From IMG/VR virus record IMGVR_UViG_3300042554_001073: DNA of 64,000 nt. One strand, given 5' to 3'. Made by a program: the position numbers and the translations under genes. The notes beneath the pieces were generated by a model. The model saw only the letters and a list, made by a program, of their open reading frames with translations, made no database searches and was not told where the DNA came from. This document shows positions 63,786 through 64,000 of this stretch, piece after piece; the first letter of the stretch is position 1; each line of letters begins with the position of its first letter. The stretch comes from a virus.

Positions 63786-64000
63786 TATAGTAGCTCCTTT
63801 AAAAGCGAGTTTGTGTTTTGTGGACCCTTTCGGCATCCAATACTAATTATACAAGAAAGCATAAAAAAGGAGGGTCGGAAACCCCCATCTTTTATTTCGG
63901 ATATTACGGCATGAAAACTAATGAAAGTTTTACGCCTTGAATATCAACTAATTTGAGTATTATGCTTTGAAAACTAACAAGAGTTTTACATAGTGAATAC

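Overview
64 kb segment of a T4-like cyanobacterial myovirus (cyanomyovirus). The large tRNA set and sugar island suggest a freshwater Synechococcus/Cyanobium-type phage, which is inference. Almost all genes are on the minus strand. Contents: core replication genes (gp32, gp59, gp33, thyX, nrdA/B/C, gp61, gp41, uvsX, gp43); auxiliary metabolic genes (phoH, speD, psbA, psbD, two hli, petF, peroxiredoxin, pstS with a Pho box, a Som-type porin, dps, mazG, hsp20); a 17 kb, 16-gene nucleotide-sugar/glycosyltransferase island; 21 tRNA genes including unusual Ile(UAU) and Thr(AGU); several structured RNAs (tandem glnA-type glutamine riboswitch, PhotoRC-II-, wcaG- and manA-like elements, a tRNA mimic); and putative prohead core proteins. 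Most striking observations: (1) a C39-peptidase gene and a start-less lysozyme frame joined by an A_AAA_AAG slippery site followed by an H-type pseudoknot, i.e. a probable programmed -1 frameshift endolysin; (2) a HiPIP-type [4Fe-4S] protein with a T4-style capsid-targeting leader; (3) an operon of four unannotated micropeptides behind an NtcA site and a tandem glutamine riboswitch. Family assignments come from motif recognition by eye; no database searches were run.
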